Notes: a model not told the origin generated them from the letters alone. 64,000 nucleotides of DNA from an uncultured candidate division Zixibacteria bacterium (GCA_963702205.1 OY969724.1:96001-160000), one strand, 5' to 3'. Positions 29,665 through 41,181 are shown, counted from the stretch's first letter. Numbers and translations are program-made.

Positions 29665-29978
29665 ATTTTTTAATAATTCTTTCGATCCTGTTTATATTCC
29701 ACCATTCATGGTGGCATGTAGAATTCCACCCCACGAAAAATCCCCGGAAAATACAAGGCGGGATTTTACACCCCGCCGAATTCCAATTCCGCTATTCTAT
29801 TTGAAATAACAAGAAAGTATAGGAGAAAACAAACCCTGCGTCGAGAAAAAAGATAATGGGAAAAAACATCCCGGATAATTGACTGTCAATTCTCAACGCC
29901 TGTTCGTTTAAGGTGATATTTGACAGCCGATGCACAATTGTTTTTGAGCGGTTTTTTTTAATCTATTCTTATTGATGA

Positions 29979-30380
29979 TTAATAAAGGTCATAATCACTG
30001 ATCTTCCATCGCTCAAGTTTTTTAAAACCATCTCTGGCCGCTTCCTGAAGCAACCCAACACCTGCCGGTTTTGTAAAAAAATTATCAAAACCGGCAAGAC
30101 GGCATTCCATCAAAGAAAAAAGGTAAGTATAACCTGTAAGGGCGTATATTATCCCCATGTAATTGTCTTTCCGGAGTTTTCTGCATAGCTTAACACCGTT
30201 CATCCCCGCCAGACTAAGGTCGAGGAATATGAGCATAATGCTCTCATTTTTTAATATATCCACTGCCCTGTCAGCAGATTCAGCCAGATAGATCTTCTAT
30301 TCTGTCTGTGCGAATACTTTTTTAAACAACGCCCTGATCGCTTCTTCGTCATCCACTACAAGAATTTTTTTATCCGTCAT
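29979..30380 (-). pseudogene. Single-domain response regulator with in-frame TAG at codon 28
   Basis: MTDKKILVVDDEE.. is in frame with track ORF 29979-30263 (FLDLSL, ALTGY, FTKP); TAG at 30297-30299. Confidence 0.75.
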
Positions 30381-30400
30381 ACCTTCCTCATTCGCTATTA

Positions 30401-31605
30401 TTAGATACGATAGTCTTCGGAAGACCTGTCAATATCTATTATCTCACCCTTCAGGTATTTTTTGTTTTGTATCTGGTAATATACATTAACTTTTTAATTA
30501 TATCCCCGATCCTTATTATCTGCTCTTTGATTCTGTTTACACTGTCGTAATCAGGATTATCTTTGTCCATATTCATCAGTATTATGTCGGAATATCCATA
30601 GATTACCTGCAGGGGCTGATTCAGTTCATGGCAGATTGCCCCGGCCATCTCAATAACGCCCTGAAGCTTTTCTTTTTGCAGTTTTTCCTCCTCAGAATGC
30701 TTGCGTTCGCTTATATCGATAAAACTTTCAATAAGACATCTTCGGCCATCCAGCACTATGGGGATAACCGATTTGTGAATGGGGCATCTTCCACGATCCG
30801 CTGTAAGTAACTCCTGTTCGGAATCGTCAACATCCTGCCCCATATCAGTGATAGGGCATATACCATCCTCTCCTGAAAAAAAGAATTGCTGACAATTAGC
30901 ACCGATGATCCGGGATTTGGGCGCACCGATCATTGAAACCGCTTTCTGGTTTGCATCTATTATCTCATGGGTTTCCGAATCAATGAGAACAATTCCGGTC
31001 GGCAGGGAAAACAATATCCTTTCTATGCGTTCCTTGCTTTCCCTCAACTCCTTTTCGGCCTTGATTCGTTCATGGTATTCAATACTGCCGATGGCATTTG
31101 CCGTATTCCGGAGAATAATAGACAGCAGATCGAATGAGGCATCTTGAGTTTTTTCCTTATCCGGAGGAAATACGCCGACAAATATTCCCCTTATCCTGGA
31201 ACGTGTCGCAATTACATGAAGAAGGATCTGCCTTTTCTGATCCCTGGACAGAAGTAAAACCCCCCTCCTTTCACGGATGGCCCACGCAACAAAACCCTTT
31301 TCAATAAAGAATTCCATTTCATCTTCAATCAACTGCCTGTATTTTTCCGGCCTGCATAATGACAGCAGGAGGTCCGAATTGTCCTGGTGCACAGAATAGA
31401 AGGCACATGCCTCAAATGGCATAAGGTTTTTAACACGGGTTTCCGTTTCTTCATAAATCTGGCAGGTTGTATATTCGTTTCCTATTTCTTTATAGAAATC
31501 ACTTAAAGACAGCGCCATTTCCAGTGAATTCTGGACGAAACGCCTGTTGTCTTCCAGATATTCAATACGGGCTTCCAGTCTTTTTCTCTCATCATTTTTT
31601 TCCAT
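30401..31605 (-). CDS. GAF-like/PAS protein with HisKA dimerisation domain and no ATPase domain; probable 3' frameshift
   Basis: PAS (LPTGIVLID, DANQKA), AGAICHELNQPL; adding one A in the A-run at ~30458 gives ..TKKYLKGEIIDIDRSS.. Confidence 0.75.
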
Positions 31606-31690
31606 AATATCTATTTCTCATGGCAGCAAATCAGGATTTACTAAACAGAACCCATGATAACCCGGTAATGTTGTTCCTTAATTCTCCCAA

Positions 31691-32932
31691 TTATTTCTCC
31701 TGCTTCATACCCGTGAAAAAGGTCTCAAGTGCCGATAGTTGATGTATCGCCTGTCTTTCTATTAACTCGAATATAGCCGGTGATATGTTAAACTGTTCCC
31801 AGGCATTGGTATCAAGACGAGGCACAAAAACATCTCCACTGCTCCCTAATCCAAGCCCATTGGCAATAATGTCCGCCATATGAACAATCGTTGAATTTTC
31901 CGGGTAATGAGCGGATAGGGGAGAATGGTGAAACACAATATTATTTTCCAGAGAAATCGGGAGCTTCCATTTTTTTAACAGGTGTTTTGCTATATCAGTG
32001 TGCCTGCACCCCAGGTAGTCTTTTTCTATCAGGTTCAGCGGTTTCCCGGAATTTTTAGCAGCGATCAGCAGTATCTTTATCTGGCCGGGGAAATATTTAA
32101 ATAAAACCAGCCTGCCAATATCATGCAGCAGGCCGGACACAAAAAAATGTTCGGTATTTTCTATGTTCTTTTGAGATGCCAGTATTCTTGAGATTATCCC
32201 GCAGGCAAGGCTGTGTTTTAAAAATGAATACATATCGATAATGTCTCTCGGGATATCCCTGAAAAGATCCATTATACTGACGCCGAGGGCAAGATGCGTG
32301 ATTTCTTTTGAGCCTATCAGTGTTACTGCCCTGGAAATATTGTCAATCCTGGAAGGGAAACCATAAAAAGCGGAATTTACAATCCTTAATAATACCGTCG
32401 TGAGGCTCGGACTTTTATTGACTATATTGGCCAGATCGGAAGCGGATGCAAATGGAGCGGCTATAATTTCATTGAGTCTGAAAACTATGGAAGGGATTTC
32501 AGGAAGCCTGACGTCCTTTCTTTCAATTTTTGATAAAATATCGATCTTAATTTGATCCTTTTTATTATCGTAGCATTCATTGAAATTTACTCTTTCATCG
32601 CTGATCAATATATTGTTTCGTCCTCTGTAAAGAACAGCTAACCGGAACAGCTCCTTAATCGCGGGATGTTCAAGGTCAACGTATTTGAATGCAAATTTTG
32701 TGTTTTCCGTTACCCTTTCGATTAATTCCGGATCAGGGACATATTCGGGGATTTCTTCTCTGCCACAATCTCCGTCTATGCAAACTTCATATACCCCCCA
32801 GATTTTAAAAATTCTTATATGCTCTTGTCGCAGTATCTCTCCCTTTGAAAGCAGGAGCCTGGATGATATATCTTTGACATCCTCCGATAAAATCATCCCT
32901 GCCTTTATGTCGTTTACTGCTACAATGCCCAT
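31691..32932 (-). CDS. HDOD-domain protein
   Basis: LPEIP, LLRIVNSAFYG, HSLACG, GLLHDIGRL, WKLP..FHHSP. Confidence 0.9.
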   Translation of the reverse strand: MGIVAVNDIKAGMILSEDVKDISSRLLLSKGEILRQEHIRIFKIWGVYEVCIDGDCGREEIPEYVPDPELIERVTENTKFAFKYVDLEHPAIKELFRLAVLYRGRNNILISDERVNFNECYDNKKDQIKIDILSKIERKDVRLPEIPSIVFRLNEIIAAPFASASDLANIVNKSPSLTTVLLRIVNSAFYGFPSRIDNISRAVTLIGSKEITHLALGVSIMDLFRDIPRDIIDMYSFLKHSLACGIISRILASQKNIENTEHFFVSGLLHDIGRLVLFKYFPGQIKILLIAAKNSGKPLNLIEKDYLGCRHTDIAKHLLKKWKLPISLENNIVFHHSPLSAHYPENSTIVHMADIIANGLGLGSSGDVFVPRLDTNAWEQFNISPAIFELIERQAIHQLSALETFFTGMKQEK

Positions 32933-33047
32933 ATTTCCATTCCTTATGATATTCCATGATGATTCTGAATATTCAGATATATTTTAACTATCGGAAAATA
33001 ATTGAAAAATATTGAATAAAATGGGGAATTAAATATCTTTATCCATC

Positions 33048-33419
33048 TTAAAAAAATCGATCCCATACAACCAGCAACCATACAATAGCTGCAACGCATA
33101 TGCTTAAAAACACCGAGGCGGAACCCAGGTCCTTTGCCCTCCCGGAGAGTTCATGTTTTTCCATGCCGACCCGGTCCACTGTTGCCTCGACGGCCGTGTT
33201 CAACAGCTCTACAAGAGGGATAATGAAATAGCTGAGAATAAGGATTGCCCTCTGGGTGCCCGTTGATCCAAGAAATAATCCGGCAGGGACTATTACTATC
33301 CCGGCTAAAATCTCCTGTCTGAAGGCCTCTTCGTTTTTCCACGCGGCCTTAAAGCCTGCAAGACTGTAATAAAAGGCGTTTACCAGCCTTTTAAATCCTC
33401 TGTTTTTATCATCACCCAT
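33048..33419 (-). CDS. dgkA: Diacylglycerol kinase
   Basis: YSLAGFKAAWKNEEAFRQE, ELLNTAVEATVDR, LSGRAKDLGSA. Confidence 0.95.
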   Translation of the reverse strand: MGDDKNRGFKRLVNAFYYSLAGFKAAWKNEEAFRQEILAGIVIVPAGLFLGSTGTQRAILILSYFIIPLVELLNTAVEATVDRVGMEKHELSGRAKDLGSASVFLSICVAAIVWLLVVWDRFF

Positions 33420-34604
33420 TTATCCGCTTCCTTGCCTTGTTTTGAGGGGATCTTTTTTTGTAAAATCAATAACAGTTATTTCCGGAGGTGAAAGAAACCT
33501 CACTGGCGGCCCCCATGTCCCGGTTCCCCTGCTGACATAGAGGTACGAACCCTTCCCCAGGTAAAACAAACCGTGCATATATTTATACATCATGCCAACT
33601 ATCAGGTTAAAAGGAAATATCTGGCCGTTATGGGTATGCCCGGATAACTGTATGTCAAACCTGCCTACACTGCTTTTTTCAATACGAGGCTGATGTTTAA
33701 GCAATATATCTATTTTTTCAGGGGTAAAGCATTCTATCACTTCATTTTCATCGATCTTCCCTGCTGATCCATCTCTGTATGCTGCCGGGTCATCAACTGC
33801 AGCCAGTTCAATGAACCTGTTAACCTCCACACACTTATTCCTGAGCAGTTTAAAACCGCATTTTTCAGTGAACCTTGTGCTCTTTGCTATGCCAGTGATA
33901 AATTCATGGTTTCCGGTTGTAGCATATTTACCATATTTTGTTTTAATAGCTCTGAATAAATCCTGTACCCTATCGGGTTGTCTTAAACCGTCATCTATAA
34001 GGTCGCCGGTTGACACCAGAAGATCAGGGTTAAGGCCCCGAATGGTGTCAGTTATTTTATTCGCCAGCCTTACCCCGTTTATCCGGCTGAAATGTATATC
34101 GGATACCTGGACAATCCTCAGGTTATTAATCCCTTCAGGAAGCTTGTCTGTTTTAAGTGTTATTTTCTCGGGCCTTATATTCCACGCCTCATACATTCCA
34201 TAAAAATTTATGAACAGGATCACAGATATGATAACCAGTAATGTTATCCTCTTATCAGGAATGAGTTTTATAAGGGAAGGGTTAAAAATTCGTGAGGATA
34301 TGAATATAAGTAACCTGTACAGGTCCACTGTCAGATTAAAGACAAAGAGCAGGAAGATTATACCCATCCACAGGTAGCCAATATATGTAACTGCGGTGGA
34401 CAGTGCTTCCGGACTCCGGTCCTCCATTACACGCATGATGATCGGACAAAGCATGAGAAGGCAAAGAACAATGATAAAAACAATATTTTGGGTCGGGGAA
34501 AGACTGAATGCCTTTGTTACTTTTCTGTAAAAATAAAAATGCAGCAGACCATACAGCGTAAGGAATATCCCTATAAACATGACAAAAGCATAACTGGTTC
34601 TCAT
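33420..34604 (-). CDS. Membrane-anchored metallophosphoesterase
   Basis: Four TM segments, then SDIH, TGDLID, GNHE, LKHQP, LSGHTHNGQ, SRGTGTWGPP. Confidence 0.92.
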   Translation of the reverse strand: MRTSYAFVMFIGIFLTLYGLLHFYFYRKVTKAFSLSPTQNIVFIIVLCLLMLCPIIMRVMEDRSPEALSTAVTYIGYLWMGIIFLLFVFNLTVDLYRLLIFISSRIFNPSLIKLIPDKRITLLVIISVILFINFYGMYEAWNIRPEKITLKTDKLPEGINNLRIVQVSDIHFSRINGVRLANKITDTIRGLNPDLLVSTGDLIDDGLRQPDRVQDLFRAIKTKYGKYATTGNHEFITGIAKSTRFTEKCGFKLLRNKCVEVNRFIELAAVDDPAAYRDGSAGKIDENEVIECFTPEKIDILLKHQPRIEKSSVGRFDIQLSGHTHNGQIFPFNLIVGMMYKYMHGLFYLGKGSYLYVSRGTGTWGPPVRFLSPPEITVIDFTKKDPLKTRQGSG

Positions 34605-34798
34605 TTCAGCTCCATGGAGGTGGAAGATTCTTCTACCGGCTATATAATGGAAAGGGGGTATAGAGTCAATCCATACTGATTATTCCTCTTGTTCAAAAAC
34701 AATTCACCACCCGTTCGCTTACTCACCAGGAGAGTTTTAGACAAGAATACAAGAATATGATATTTTTATATTTAAGCGTTCTAAAAAGGAGAACAATA

Positions 34799-35320
34799 AT
34801 GAATGGAATAATCGAAATTATTGAAGGTGATATTACAAAACAGGATGTGGATGCCATTGTAAATGCTGCCAACAACTCACTCCTTGGAGGTGGCGGGGTA
34901 GATGGCGCCATACACAGGGCAGCTGGCCCCGAACTGCTGGCAGAGACAAGGACACTGGGAGGCTGCCCGACCGGTGAGGCACGCGCAAGCGGGGGACATA
35001 AGCTGCCGGCAAAGTGGGTGATACACACGGTCGGCCCAGTATGGCGGGGCGGCAGCAATAATGAAGACGCCCTGCTGGCAGGCTGTTATAAAAGCTGTTT
35101 TTCACTGGCAAAAAAACTTGGTGTTAAAAGTATTGCGTTTCCTTCGATAAGCACCGGCGTGTATGGCTTTCCCCTGGAGAGGGCAACAAAAATAGCATTA
35201 AAGGAAACAAGGCTGATCCTGGATTCGGACTATGCTCCGGACAGGATAATCTTCGTCTGTTTCAGTGAAAAGGTTTTTAATACATATAAGGAGGTTTATT
35301 CGGAAGTTTTTAAGCAATAG
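34799..35320 (+). CDS. Macro-domain O-acetyl-ADP-ribose deacetylase (YmdB-like)
   Basis: [49 protein letters not shown] aggag before ATG 34799. Confidence 0.93.
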   Translation: MNGIIEIIEGDITKQDVDAIVNAANNSLLGGGGVDGAIHRAAGPELLAETRTLGGCPTGEARASGGHKLPAKWVIHTVGPVWRGGSNNEDALLAGCYKSCFSLAKKLGVKSIAFPSISTGVYGFPLERATKIALKETRLILDSDYAPDRIIFVCFSEKVFNTYKEVYSEVFKQ

Positions 35321-35558
35321 CGTATAGAGTTTTTGTGCATATTCAATTGGTAATGGTCTCCCCATTTCTCATCCTACGATTTTATTTTATCTTCATACTT
35401 ATAAATAAGATGCGTATCTCTGGTGAATGTACAGGCCTGGTACCCATTACACCGGGCTTGAAACTGGTTGAAATTAACCAAATGAGGATTATGTTTGTAA
35501 CAGGCGGTCTGGAAAAAGGGCCATCGAATTGCGCACGGATTAGAGAGGAGGAGAAAAA

Positions 35559-36817
35559 ATGAAAACATTAGGTATATTAAAGCGGCTCTCCTTCCTGTTC
35601 ATTGTCCTTGTCATGGCTATGCCTGTTGCGGCATCGGCCCGGGAGAGTCAAACCGTCCAATCCCGGGAAGCGTTGACACAGATGCTGGCGCCCGTTGCGC
35701 TTTATCCCGATGTCCTCCTTTCCCAGGTACTGATGGCGTCGACCTATCCGCTGGAAATCGTGGAGGCCGATCGCTGGATTAAAGAAAATCCGACCCTGAC
35801 CGGCGATAATCTGGATGAATACCTGAAGGACAAGGATTGGGATGCAAGCGTCAAGGCCATCTGCCATGAACCGAAGCTGCTGTCGCTGATGAGCGAGAAG
35901 CTGGATGAAACAACGCGTATCGGCAACGCATTCCTGATCCAGAAAGATGATGTAATGGATGTGATCCAGAAACTTCGCTCCCGCGCCTACAATGATGGCA
36001 ATCTGTATTCCAACGACAAACAGAAGGTAGTAGTTGAAAGCAGCGGCAACATTGTGATCGAACCGGTAGATACGCAGGTCGTATATGTGCCCTATTACAA
36101 CACCCGGTATGTTTACGGCGACTGGTGGTATCCGGCCTGGCCGCCATGGTATTGGGGGCCTGATGAACTGGTGACCGGCACCGGTATCTACTTCTGGCCA
36201 AACGCTTATATCGGATTCGGGCTCTGGAGCTATTTCGACTGGCCGGATCGGACTATCATAATACATTATCATCATCGCCCGCATTATTTTCACCGCGATT
36301 ACAACTGGAGGGCCTATTCCGGCCGATGGCATCATAATCCTCACCATGATCGCGGAATCAGGTACGATCACCGGTCAGCCGCCGATCGGTCACAGAGCTA
36401 CGTTGTTGTAAATCACCGTAATGTGGAGGGGAACACCCGATCGTCTGTTCCTTCCGGCGAAACGCGATACCTGAATCAGTCAGGGCACCGGGGCATAATA
36501 AATCATCGTAAAGCCGAAACCTCGGCTAAAGGATATCGATCAAGGAACTGGACCATTGCAAATCACCCGGTCGACAGAAGGAACGGCTGGAACAGAAGAG
36601 CCGAAGAGCCGAAGAGCGATCGAGATACAAAATTCAAGAGGAGCGAAACGACAGGGCCGCTGCAAGAATGGAAACTCGTCATGAGGAGCATCAAATGGAT
36701 CACAGTGCCGGCACTTTCGGGAGGCCGAATTGGAGCAGGGACAGGCAAAGTTTTTCTTCATCCGGTTTCAATAGCTGGGCACATGGCGGCAGATCGTCCA
36801 GTTCCAGGAGAAGGTAA
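35559..36817 (+). CDS. DUF3300-family exported protein; low-complexity tail probably frameshifted
   Basis: Signal peptide, LAPVALYPD.LLSQVLMASTYP, WDASVK, VYVPYYN; an alternative frame from ~36630 gives a more plausible R/S/G-rich tail ending at 36817. Confidence 0.8.
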
Positions 36818-36908
36818 TCGACGGCTCATCTTTTCTGACTCCCTGACAAAGTTACCATTATGTGAATTATCCAGCTTAAACATTTTTTTGTTGTCATCCT
36901 CCGGCCTG

Positions 36909-36997
36909 CCCTGTTAAATTTCCAGCAGAGAACCCAATTTAACAGGGTTCACCCGGTTAAATCCGCATAGCGGGCGGCAAAGCAGCATTTAACAGGG
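36909..36997. repeat. Two tandem REP-like palindromes
   Basis: ccctgttaaatt/aatttaacaggg (36909-36947) and cccggttaaat/atttaacaggg (36952-36997). Confidence 0.65.
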
Positions 36998-37056
36998 TTA
37001 ACAGGGGCGCGACCCCGCTGCTTTCCTAATAATGACAGATAAATCGGACCCAACCA

Positions 37057-38772
37057 ATGGATGCAAAAGATTATAAGAAAATACGGCAACTGTTTGACGA
37101 CTATCTGCGGATGTATTCATCACGCGATGATCAACTTACGACCTGCTTCAGCGAGGACTTTTCCGGCTTTACCGGAGGAGGGGATTTTCTGGTTAAAGAC
37201 AGGGAAGAATGGGTTGCGATTACCCGGCAGGACTTCACAGAGATCAAAGATCCGCTTCGTATCGAGCTCAAGGACGTGGCCATCCAGTCACTGGGTGATA
37301 CAATCGCCGTCACGACCGGTTTCTTCACCATTCATCTGCCTTTCAAAGACCACGTCCTGTCACGGGAGACAGCCCGCCTGGTACTGATCTTCCGAAAGGA
37401 ACCCGAAGGCTGGAAAATATCCCACAGCAGTATTTCCATTCCCTACAACCTGGTTCAAAATGGCGAAGTCTATCCGCTGAAAGAATTGATGAACCGTAAT
37501 CAGGTCCTGGAACAGCTGATCGACGAACGGACTGTCCAGCTTTCCGAGGCAAACGATCAACTGCAAAAAACAAATGAAGAACTGAAGCAGGAGATTGCCG
37601 AGCGCAAGCAGACCGGGGATGCCCTGCAGCAAAGCAATCAAAAATTTGAAGCCTTCACATCTATCCTGCCTGATGGAATCGGGATATTATCTTTAGATGG
37701 AAAAATACAACAGATATCCGATAAACTGGTTAAAATGCATGGCTATTCTACCGCGAAAAAAGATGAATATTTGGGGAAATCAGTTTTTGATTTTGTTGAT
37801 CCTTCAAGTCATAAAGCACTGATTGAAAATGTTCACAAAGTGCTGGCCGGTGAAGGGGATTACAGGCTGTCAGAATATCTGGCTGTTAAAAAAGATAACA
37901 GCCGGTTTTATATCGATGTGAATTCTACTGTTCTGCTTGATCCCAACGGCAATCCTGAAAGCATTCTGTATGTCGAACGCGACATCTCAGAACGCAAGCA
38001 GGCGGAAGCGGATAAGGAAAAACTGGCGTCACAAAACAGACAGCTTCAGAAATCTGAAAGCCTGGGCCGCATGGCCGGTGCTATCGCGCATAATTTCAAC
38101 AACATACTCGGGGCGGTAATCGGGAATCTTGATCTGGCCATGATGGAGCTTTCCGAAGGGGAGAGCCCTGAAACCAATATCACCAAGGCATTGAAGGCGT
38201 CCAGAAGGGCTGCGGAGATGAGCGGACTGATGCTGACCTACCTGGGTCATACATTCGAGAAGAATGAACCCATGGATTTTTCAGGGGCCTGTCGTCAGAC
38301 TCTGCCCATGATTCAGGCCATTATTTCGGAAAAAGTGATGCTGGAGACCGATCTGCCGGTTCCGGGGCCGGTTATCATGGCGAACACGAACCAGATTTCG
38401 CAGGTCCTTACCAACCTGATCACCAATGCCGGGGAGGCCATCGATGAGAGACAGGGTACCATTCGTCTGAGTGTCAAATCAGTTTTAGCCGGTGATATCC
38501 CGGCACAACACCGTTTCCCTTCGGACTGGCAACCTCAGAACAATGCATATGCCTGTTTGGAGGTAACTGATACGGGTTGCGGGATTGAGGATAAGGATAT
38601 GGAGAAACTCTTTGATCCTTTTTACTCCAGCAAGTTCACCGGACGTGGTATGGGCCTGGCAGTGGTCCTGGGGATTGTGCGCGCCCACAGCGGCGTCATT
38701 ACAGTGGAAAGCGAACCTGGTCGGGGCAGCGTTTTCCGGATTTTTTTACCTGTAGAGCGGAATACTCTTTAA
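37057..38772 (+). CDS. SnoaL/NTF2-like + PAS histidine kinase
   Basis: N-terminal NTF2-type fold ending LIFRKEPEGWKISHSSIS; coiled coil; PAS; AIAHNFNN, NLITNA, DTGCG, GRGMGL. Confidence 0.85.
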   Translation: MDAKDYKKIRQLFDDYLRMYSSRDDQLTTCFSEDFSGFTGGGDFLVKDREEWVAITRQDFTEIKDPLRIELKDVAIQSLGDTIAVTTGFFTIHLPFKDHVLSRETARLVLIFRKEPEGWKISHSSISIPYNLVQNGEVYPLKELMNRNQVLEQLIDERTVQLSEANDQLQKTNEELKQEIAERKQTGDALQQSNQKFEAFTSILPDGIGILSLDGKIQQISDKLVKMHGYSTAKKDEYLGKSVFDFVDPSSHKALIENVHKVLAGEGDYRLSEYLAVKKDNSRFYIDVNSTVLLDPNGNPESILYVERDISERKQAEADKEKLASQNRQLQKSESLGRMAGAIAHNFNNILGAVIGNLDLAMMELSEGESPETNITKALKASRRAAEMSGLMLTYLGHTFEKNEPMDFSGACRQTLPMIQAIISEKVMLETDLPVPGPVIMANTNQISQVLTNLITNAGEAIDERQGTIRLSVKSVLAGDIPAQHRFPSDWQPQNNAYACLEVTDTGCGIEDKDMEKLFDPFYSSKFTGRGMGLAVVLGIVRAHSGVITVESEPGRGSVFRIFLPVERNTL

Positions 38773-38775
38773 TAG

Positions 38776-39537
38776 GAAACAGCGTCATTCGGTATACTGC
38801 CGGTCAAGGAATACAGCAAGTATGCACTTGTTACACGTGGACTCGAGAAAGGCCCCGGTATAAAGATGCTTCCTGAACCGACTCCGGAAATATCCAATAT
38901 GGAAACCATCACTACAGTTACGATTAATGATGACGGCTCAGCTAAAGGCAAATCAGACATCAGTGCAAAGGGTGGGATGGAATATGTTCTGCGCAGTTAC
39001 AAGGCCTCCATACCGCCGGGCCAGGAAGCCATGGCCGCGCGTGTCTTCCTGACGAGATCGGGTCAACAGGGTGAAGGCACGATAACAGGAAGTGATCCGC
39101 GTAATCTCACCAAAGATATTAAGGTCGAAACAGAGTCCACATTGCAGAACGTAATGACTATGCCGGGACCTGGTGCCTTCATGATACCTGCCGGGATACC
39201 GAATCCGTCTCCGATTGTTATGCTGGCTTTTGGGGCCGGTCTGCCCGAAAGAAAATTCCCCAGTTACCATAGCGGGTATGAAAAGGTTGAAATAACGTTA
39301 TTGACTTTGCCCGACAGCGTAAAAGTAACGCAGTTGCCAAAAGATGTTCTTGTTCGGAATCAATATGGGAATTACACTGCAACCTACAAACAGAACGAGC
39401 AGACAATCAAGGTGGAACGTCGTCTTTCTGTTAAAACACCGCGAGGGCTTTGTCCGCAGGAAAAATATCCGCTAATCCGCGAACTCGGCCAGGCCATCGG
39501 GCGGGATATGAGGGCGCAGGTATTGTATGGAGAATGA
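38776..39537 (+). pseudogene. 3' fragment of a DUF3857/transglutaminase/DUF3858-type protein
   Basis: Frame is open from right after the kinase stop codon (ETASFGILP...), with TLPDSVKVTQLPK..YGNYTATY..VERRL C-terminal motifs; no credible start or RBS. Confidence 0.6.
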
Positions 39538-39576
39538 TACAGGCACGCTTTTAGAAAGCCGTAGATTCTAAAATAA

Positions 39577-39646
39577 GGGGGCAGGACTTCTGTTGACTCC
39601 TGAAAAACGAATAGTTTTTACAAGGGGTAAAGGCAGAGTTGCCCCC
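39577..39646. repeat. 70-bp imperfect palindrome between convergent genes
   Basis: gggggca...aaaaac gaata gttttt...tgccccc. Confidence 0.5.
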
Positions 39647-39798
39647 GTGTTAACACCTTTATTTATACACCCTGTACAATACGAAAAAAGGTTTAGCTTC
39701 TTTTCAATTCTTCCTTAATCGCTATCCCCGGGTGCTAATAGTAAAGACGTCTCCCTTCAGGAATATAACGAAGAACAGTTAAAAAAGAAGAACATTAT

Positions 39799-41181
39799 TT
39801 ACAGGACATCTGCTTCAGCTCTTGTTCTGGCATTTTCTTCCATAATGTTTGCGAGCCTATCATCCGAGAGTGAGTAGAATAGCATTATTGTGAAGGCTAA
39901 TAATCCGCAGCATGCCGGGATGAAGCATATAAGATTCATAATACTGCTCACAAATTGGGGTGTTGACGCCATATTCGGTACATAGCCTATAAATGCCAGA
40001 CCGTAATTGGCAAGGGTTAAAGCAAGTGCGATTGCTATCTTGGTAGGCAGGGTAAACATTGACATTATAAAGGCACTTGCATCCTTGCCTGTTTTATAAA
40101 AACCATACTCGGCAGCATCCATGTACATTGCCTGACGTATGGGATAGCTGGTTCCTGCGCCAAGCACGGATGCAAAAACAATAAATGAATATACCCATGG
40201 GCTGGATGTGCCAAATATCCTTAAGGTCGTGTATCCCATTACACCCCAGAAGCCTGCAAACAGGTATGTTTTTTTCTTTCCTAAAAGAGCTACGATCCTT
40301 GGGGCAATTAGAGTACTTACAAAAACCCCTATCCCCAGTATAAGAGTGTACTGAAACATAAATTCTTCATTTCCCGCTACATACTTGAAATAGTAAGGCC
40401 CGAATGTGGAAAGGCTGAAGATGCCCAGGTTTACTGCGATATCCGCTGTCATTATAAACCTCAAATGCCTGTTGCCTAAAACCTGTTTTACCATCTCTCC
40501 AAAGGTCAGGTTAAAAGCCGGTTTAAGCTTTTTATTGGGATCGTATGTGTCATATCCTCTTGACTGATAAAAAAGGAACCAGTACCCGAACACCTGAACA
40601 ACGGCAAGTATCCCGACTGTATAGAAATATCCCCATGTCGGACTTTCTTTACTGAAATAGTAAAGCATGTATTTCACTACGACCACACTGAAGATAATCT
40701 GGCTGAACATGCTCAACTGTATATTCCTGGTCGATAGCCTCAACCTCTCCTTGACATTATGCGCCAGTACAGAAATAAGACCGAGGTGTGCATTATATGC
40801 GAAATTAAGACTTACATGGGCGATCATGTATGCAAGGCTTAGATAGACAACTTTTGGGTAGTAGCTCAAAGGGAGGTTGGTAAATGTGAGGGTAAAAAAT
40901 ATACATGTTAACACAGGCGGAAACACAAGCCATGACCTGAACTGCCCCCAGCGAAACTGTCTCTTTTGAATAAAATTGCCTGAAACCGGTACAGAAAATG
41001 CATCAACAAGATGGGTTATGAGCGTAATGGTACCCGCAAGGGCCGGAGCTATTAACGCTACGTCTGTCAGGAATATGGAATAATAGTTTAGGGCCAGACT
41101 CATCATCAATGAGAAGGTCATACTCGCGAACCCATAACTGTTGACAAGTAGACCGGGAAGTCTTTTCTCAGTTTTCTCCAC
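39799..41181 (-). CDS. MFS transporter, GPH (MelB-like) family
   Basis: About 12 TM segments; WGQFRSW, DAAEYG..KTGK motifs. Confidence 0.9.
   Translation of the reverse strand: MEKTEKRLPGLLVNSYGFASMTFSLMMSLALNYYSIFLTDVALIAPALAGTITLITHLVDAFSVPVSGNFIQKRQFRWGQFRSWLVFPPVLTCIFFTLTFTNLPLSYYPKVVYLSLAYMIAHVSLNFAYNAHLGLISVLAHNVKERLRLSTRNIQLSMFSQIIFSVVVVKYMLYYFSKESPTWGYFYTVGILAVVQVFGYWFLFYQSRGYDTYDPNKKLKPAFNLTFGEMVKQVLGNRHLRFIMTADIAVNLGIFSLSTFGPYYFKYVAGNEEFMFQYTLILGIGVFVSTLIAPRIVALLGKKKTYLFAGFWGVMGYTTLRIFGTSSPWVYSFIVFASVLGAGTSYPIRQAMYMDAAEYGFYKTGKDASAFIMSMFTLPTKIAIALALTLANYGLAFIGYVPNMASTPQFVSSIMNLICFIPACCGLLAFTIMLFYSLSDDRLANIMEENARTRAEADVL

Noticed and set aside
30297..30299. Pyrrolysine codon in the response regulator
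   Set aside because: The position is normally Tyr in receiver domains, one base change from TAG, and no pyl genes are in the window
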